NCBI RefSeq assembly: GCF_000143415.4
Contig: NW_003314337.1
Location: forward strand, 37,486-76,363
Reading direction: 5' to 3'
Length of the DNA: 38,878 nt
Origin: Selaginella moellendorffii
Lineage: Eukaryota; Plantae; Lycopodiophyta
This document shows positions 33,868 to 38,878 of the stretch, in pieces; the first letter of the stretch is position 1; every line of letters starts with the position of its first letter. The position numbers were made by a program, and so were the translations under genes. Under the pieces are notes generated by a model, which was given only the letters and a program-made list of their open reading frames with translations, did not search any database and was not told the DNA's origin.

Positions 33868-34779
33868 TGTAGTGCATATGAATTTGGAGCTGAGCTCCAA
33901 GCCTGTTGCGCTATGAAATGAGGGTTCGGTACAATCCCACAACCACCAACTCCCTAAATCCAACATACAAAATGGTGTTAAATGGTGTTTGGCACAATTT
34001 TGGCATACTAGTGGCCTAACGTGAGGAGGGTACCCTACCGATTAGAGCAGCGTGGAGCTTGGGCTTAGACCCAAGCCAGACTCAGAACAAGAAGTGACAT
34101 AGCCTAGTGGGAGCTAAATTAATGTCTCAACTGGTCGGACATTTTTTTTAACCCCTTTCCCTTTTATACTTTTGGAACCCCTATAGCCCCCCCCCCCCCC
34201 CCCCCCGCCAGGAACACATGCTTTGGGCTTTCACCCCAAGCCTCCCTTAGTACTAGGAGTTATACTCTGGGATAAGCTCAAAACTTACTAAATATGGAAT
34301 ATCCCTAGATTGTGAATTTGGACACGTGACGAACACTATTGTGTTCAAGACAATCTCTACATTCCGTAGATATCAAATGAGCAAATATAGACACTTTTCA
34401 TAAATAGCATTTGAGACCAAAATGAGACTAACACAAAGGGCATGGTAGTGAGGGTGTTTGGTAGACATGGTAAGCTATCATCTAGCAATATTGAGGGACT
34501 AGTCTCAATACGTGAGGGTTCTTGTCACTAGCTATTGTAAGACATAATGAGATGAGAACTCCTTACCAAGCTAAGTATGCTTAGCTAATAGCACATAAAA
34601 ATTCCGTCCTTATGCTTGTCTGGTATAAGCACACTCGAAATGCCTAGTTAACTCCACTGGGAGGGGCTACTAAAGGGATCCAACTGTACCAACCTCCTGC
34701 TATCATGGTAGTAAGGAAAGAGTGTCCATAAGAACTAGCCAACAAATATCTTTTAATACCTAAAGTCATATTCACAACA
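33868..34779 (-). repeat. Probable 3' LTR (~912 bp) of a minus-strand LTR element
   Basis: Imperfect inverted termini TGTAGTG...CACAACA. Begins exactly where family-A homology stops. A PPT on the minus strand at about 34780-34793 and a TATA-like GTATAAAA at 34162-34169. No partner LTR in the window. Confidence 0.6.
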
Positions 34780-35006
34780 CTCTCCCCCCCTTTGGGGAAG
34801 ATCGACGTCCTCATTGATGCATACCTGAGTCTAGCAAACTGTCATGGAAACAACTCTGAAAGTTAATGGAAAACACACTATGTGGGAAATATATCGACTT
34901 AAATGAGTTATGGAATGACCTCTCCTCTATGTCCAAAGATGTTAAGACTTAAACACCTTTGAGCTGTCACCAACAAGGAAATAACTAACGGAGTTAGCCA
35001 CCCTTG

Positions 35007-35680
35007 TGTAGCACATATGATCATGGGATGAGATTTGGATATACTGTCACTGTGGATCCTTGGAACCTTGGGGGATAAATGGGGATAAAATAGCCATTAA
35101 GGGCTCTCTCATCAAGCAATTGCCCCTTTTTCAGTTGGATTAAGGGGAGAGAGATAAGGTGTACTACAATTGGTATTAGAGCAAATGGCACGGGTTTGAT
35201 TCCCATTGATTAATGGCTACTTAAAAATATAATATACCCTTGAGCAAGGTATATTCCTACCCCTAAATTTGAAATTGTACATATTGGGCATCCATGCGTA
35301 TATCTTTCCTCTTGTGTGGAGTATCCACGGACAAAGGTATCCACTGTGGGACTGCGGTACGGGTGGATGACTAGTTGCCTCACATGGAATAGTTAGTCTA
35401 CACAATAGAAGGATTGGTAAATTCATTGCGAAAATGGAGGTGCTGGTTCCCCTTGGTTCAATAGGGGTTGTTAGCCAATAGTCAATGAAGACATTGATAT
35501 CTCTAAAGGGGGGGTGAGTGTAGCGCATGTGATCATTAGATGAGATTTAGATATACTGTCACTGTGGATCCTTGGAACCTTGGGGGATAAATGGGGATAA
35601 AATAGCCAATAAGGGCTCTCTCATCAAGCAATTGCCCTTTTTCTAGTTGGCTTAAGGGGAGAGAGATAAGGCGCGCTACA
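35007..35680 (+). mobile_element. TRIM (terminal-repeat retrotransposon in miniature), 674 bp
   Basis: 162 bp LTRs at 35007-35168 and 35519-35680 (TGTAGC...CTACA). PBS TGGTATTAGAGC at 35171-35182 and a G-run PPT at about 35505-35518. TSD CCTTG/CTTTG (one mismatch). Non-coding 350 bp interior. Confidence 0.93.
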
Positions 35681-36084
35681 CTTTGCTACTTCGAGTATCA
35701 TTTGGTTTACAAAGGAATGACATATCCCTGCAAATAGAGACATAGGGAGAATGCTTGAGGCCTAACTTCCTTTGAGCAAGAAATTAATCCCATCGGGAAG
35801 ATTTAAACAACTATTATAAACTGGCAGATTAAGTTGTTTACATGACCATGCCCTTTTCAAAAATGAGTCATCGAAAGAGAGGTGGAGACTTGTGATTAGT
35901 CTATAGTAGTTATCCCCATGGTTATGGATTGGACCCATGCACCAAAGTGGTGAAGTCAACCTGCCAAAACTGACCCAAGCATTAAGGAACAAGAGAAATG
36001 AAACTTTGATTTATAGAATTATAGCTCTTTATTGATTTGCAAGATTTATTACAAGATTTACAAAAGCTAGTATTTATTATTATT

Positions 36085-38535
36085 ATCATACTCTGTAACA
36101 AGTTCACGAGCATGTGTAAGATTCCTAAGAGGTTCCCAAGTTGATTCACAAGATGGGTAACCTTTCCACTTAACTAAATATTCTTTCGCATGAGCCTGTC
36201 TCCGAAATCTAGGAATCCAAGATCATTTCAACTTCTTATTCAGGTTCACCGTCCATAACGTCTGGTGGCAGATGAATCTCCCTGTGTCGTGCAATATCCA
36301 CAGTGTAAGGAGCTAATAAATTGGTATGAAATATATTATGAACATAGGATATTTCTGTAGGAAGATCCAACTGATATGATACATCACCAATTCATTTCAA
36401 AACCCAATAGGGTCTAACATATATTGGTAATAGCTTCTAGGACAAAAATCCCTTAACATTCAAGTTCCGACAAGATAGCCACACCTGATCTCCCACTTGA
36501 TAGGATACATCTATTGAATGGTTGTCTTCTTTCAAAACTGCACCCAACGCAAAGTCTGAAGCATCCATTTCTACTTCAAAATTTTTACCAAAGTCTAGTA
36601 ATGCCAACACGAGAGTTTTCCTCAACTTCCCTTTGAGGTGGACAAATGCCACCTCACATTTTGCTATCTATACCATTTTCCCTTTTCCCATTTAGTCCAT
36701 TAAAGGTAGGGCTACTCTTGAATAGTGTTTGATAAACTTTTGGTAGTAGTTGTATATCCCTAAGAATGCCCTTAACTCATGTACATTTGATGGTTGTTCC
36801 CATTCTTGGATCATTTGCACCTTCTCAGGGTCCACCTTGAGCCCGTCCTTGCCCATCACATGCTTGAGAAACTTTACTTCTTGTTGAGCAAAGTCACATT
36901 TGCTTTTTTTAGCATACAGCTAATGTTCCCTTAGTTTCTTAAACACCTTCATCAAGTGTTCAGCATACTCCTCTAGCGTCTCGCTATAGATCAAGATGTC
37001 GTCAATATAGACGACCACGAAATGATCCAGATAAGGTACAAAAATGTGGTTCATCAGTGTCGAGAACATTATTGATGTATTGCACAGCCCAAGGGGCATC
37101 ACTAAAAACTCAAAGCTTCCATACTTTATTCGATAGGTTGTCTTCTCGACATCTTCCTCTGCTAAGGTCAATCCTCAATAAGTATTTTGCCTTTCCCAAC
37201 TTATGGAATAAGTCCTCAATTCTTCTTTATATACTTGTTGAGCAACTGATAATCTATGCACATGCGCATAGAGCCATCTTTCTTTTTCACAAATAACACT
37301 GATACACCATACGACGACTTGTTCAACCTGACATACCTTTTTTCCACCAACTTCTTAAGTTGGCACTTGAACTCCTTGAGTTCCTTTTCGTTCAACCAAT
37401 AGGGGGGACAACCACTGCCTTAGCACCTTTGATCAGCTCAATCTTATGTTTTATTTGTTGTGCAGGGGGGTAACCCTATTGGTAACTCCTTCGGTATAAT
37501 ATCTCGAAATTGGTCCAACACCTACTGGATCACTAAAAGTATTTCTTTTGTTCCTGTCTTTTTGGTGCTCCTCACTGAGAGTAAGCATAAAAATGGTGCC
37601 TTGGTTCCTTTACTAAGTTGTCCTCTTGTGAACACCAAGTTCAAACATGAGTCTTTGGCTTTACTTTGCCCTACCTTTAGATCCTAGGCCTCCACCCTGG
37701 ATCATTCTCCTCAAGCATTCGCCAATACCACAAGGTTCCTACTTTGTCCATGCAAAGCTACCACAAAGCAATTGAATAAATCCATCCCGAAGATCACATT
37801 AAATCTCACTATGTCTAATATGGTGAAATCTATGTCTACTTTTCATGTCCCCACTTCGACTCTTGCTTGTCGAAGTACCTCATTAGTGCTTTGGCTACCT
37901 TAAACAAACTCTATAGTCCTCGGTTCACTTAGCCGTTGCACCATTAGTCCGGCTTGCTATACTATGTCTGTAGCCATAAAATTATCCAAAGCACCCATGT
38001 CAATAAGGATCTTAACAAAGCTACTTCCAAGCTTCCTTTGGAGGGTTAGTAGATGTCGCAAGTAACTCTCTATCAAAGTTGCTCATGTAATGAGTAACTT
38101 TGAGTTAGGGATTGAATCATGTACCTCAGTTTAGTTTTCATCCCACTTAATGCCATATTATCCATCAGTATATTATTGTCGATTTGACCTTCTTATGGTC
38201 CATGCCTTTTGCGCTGCTAGCATCTGGAGTCTTTTGTTTTTCTATTGCTTCTTTAGCTTGCATATGAGAGTTTCTAGTAGGGCATTGATTTGTGACAATT
38301 GTTCTTCTAGAATGTCTAATCAAGCTTTGGATGATCGAACCTATCCACCGAACTCTTGTTTGGAAGTTTCCACACGGAGTCCTCCTCATGCAAGGATTCT
38401 TCATCCATAGCTTCTTGTTCGACCAAAGGCTTCAACTCTAGAGGAGGTTTTATCTCCGTCTTGGTTCTTTTACGCCCTATCTTTGCCATCTCCCATCAAT
38501 CCGCCTCTATAATTGAGGAAAAGGCTTTGATACCA
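36085..38535 (-). mobile_element. Degenerate chromovirus-type Ty3/gypsy internal region (gag, protease, RT, partial RNase H, integrase C-terminus, chromodomain)
   Basis: PBS at 38524-38535. Motifs: ILIDMGALDNF; YGSFEFLVMPLGLCN, YIDDILIYS; EMDASDFALGAVL; YQVGDQVWLS; chromodomain EVEMILDS...EYLVKWKGYPSCESTWEP at about 36085-36250. Confidence 0.88.
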
Positions 38536-38667
38536 AATTATAAGCCATAAGGCTTCAGCTTTAGAGGAGGTTTTGTTTCCGCCTTGGTTCTTTTACGCCC
38601 TACCTTTGCCATCTCCCATCAATTTGCCTCTACAATTGAGGAAAAGGCTTTGATACCAAATTATAAG
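38426..38667 (-). repeat. 123 bp-period tandem duplication containing two PBS copies (38524-38535, 38647-38658)
   Basis: 38426-38544 aligns with 38549-38667. Confidence 0.9.
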
Positions 38668-38878
38668 TTATAAATTTTTCTTTTCCAATTTGCTAACTGA
38701 CCTCGTCTATCCAACCACCACAGCCTTAGCCTTAATTAAGTTCCCTTGCCAAGATATCCACCTATTGTACCAGCTCTTACTTGGTCCTACTTGGTCTCAG
38801 CAACTCACTACCTGAGCAATGGAATGTTAGCTATCCATCCACAGATTCCCAAATTCTTTCTCAATCCCCCATGGGGAT

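Overview
This is eukaryotic, repeat-rich plant DNA. A flagellar RSPH10B-like gene and 43-71 bp introns point to a seed-free, flagellate-sperm lineage, possibly a Selaginella-like lycophyte (inference). Most of the window is nested retroelements: (1) an intact 4.9 kb Ty3/gypsy element at 12966-17893 (minus strand, 233 bp LTRs differing at one base, TTATC TSD); (2) a chimeric relative at 2384-4714 with two different LTRs but a single TSD; (3) a decayed third copy of that family; (4) a 674 bp TRIM; (5) a truncated LINE; (6) a decayed chromodomain-bearing gypsy; (7) an LTR-like repeat family carrying satellite arrays. The most unusual feature is a 10-exon, ~1100-codon decayed gene at 6227-10022. 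It fuses a ParB/sulfiredoxin-like domain (VIDGNHRWLA) to a bacterial-type beta-class amino (N6A/N4C) DNA methyltransferase-like domain. The gene sits in a ~5.1 kb unit carrying nine copies of a GGTTC-N5/6-GAACC palindrome, with possible Helitron-like ends. One apparently intact host gene (RSPH10B-like MORN protein, 28303-30840, minus strand) and a 100-N assembly gap are also present. All alignments and translations were done by eye; no database searches were run.
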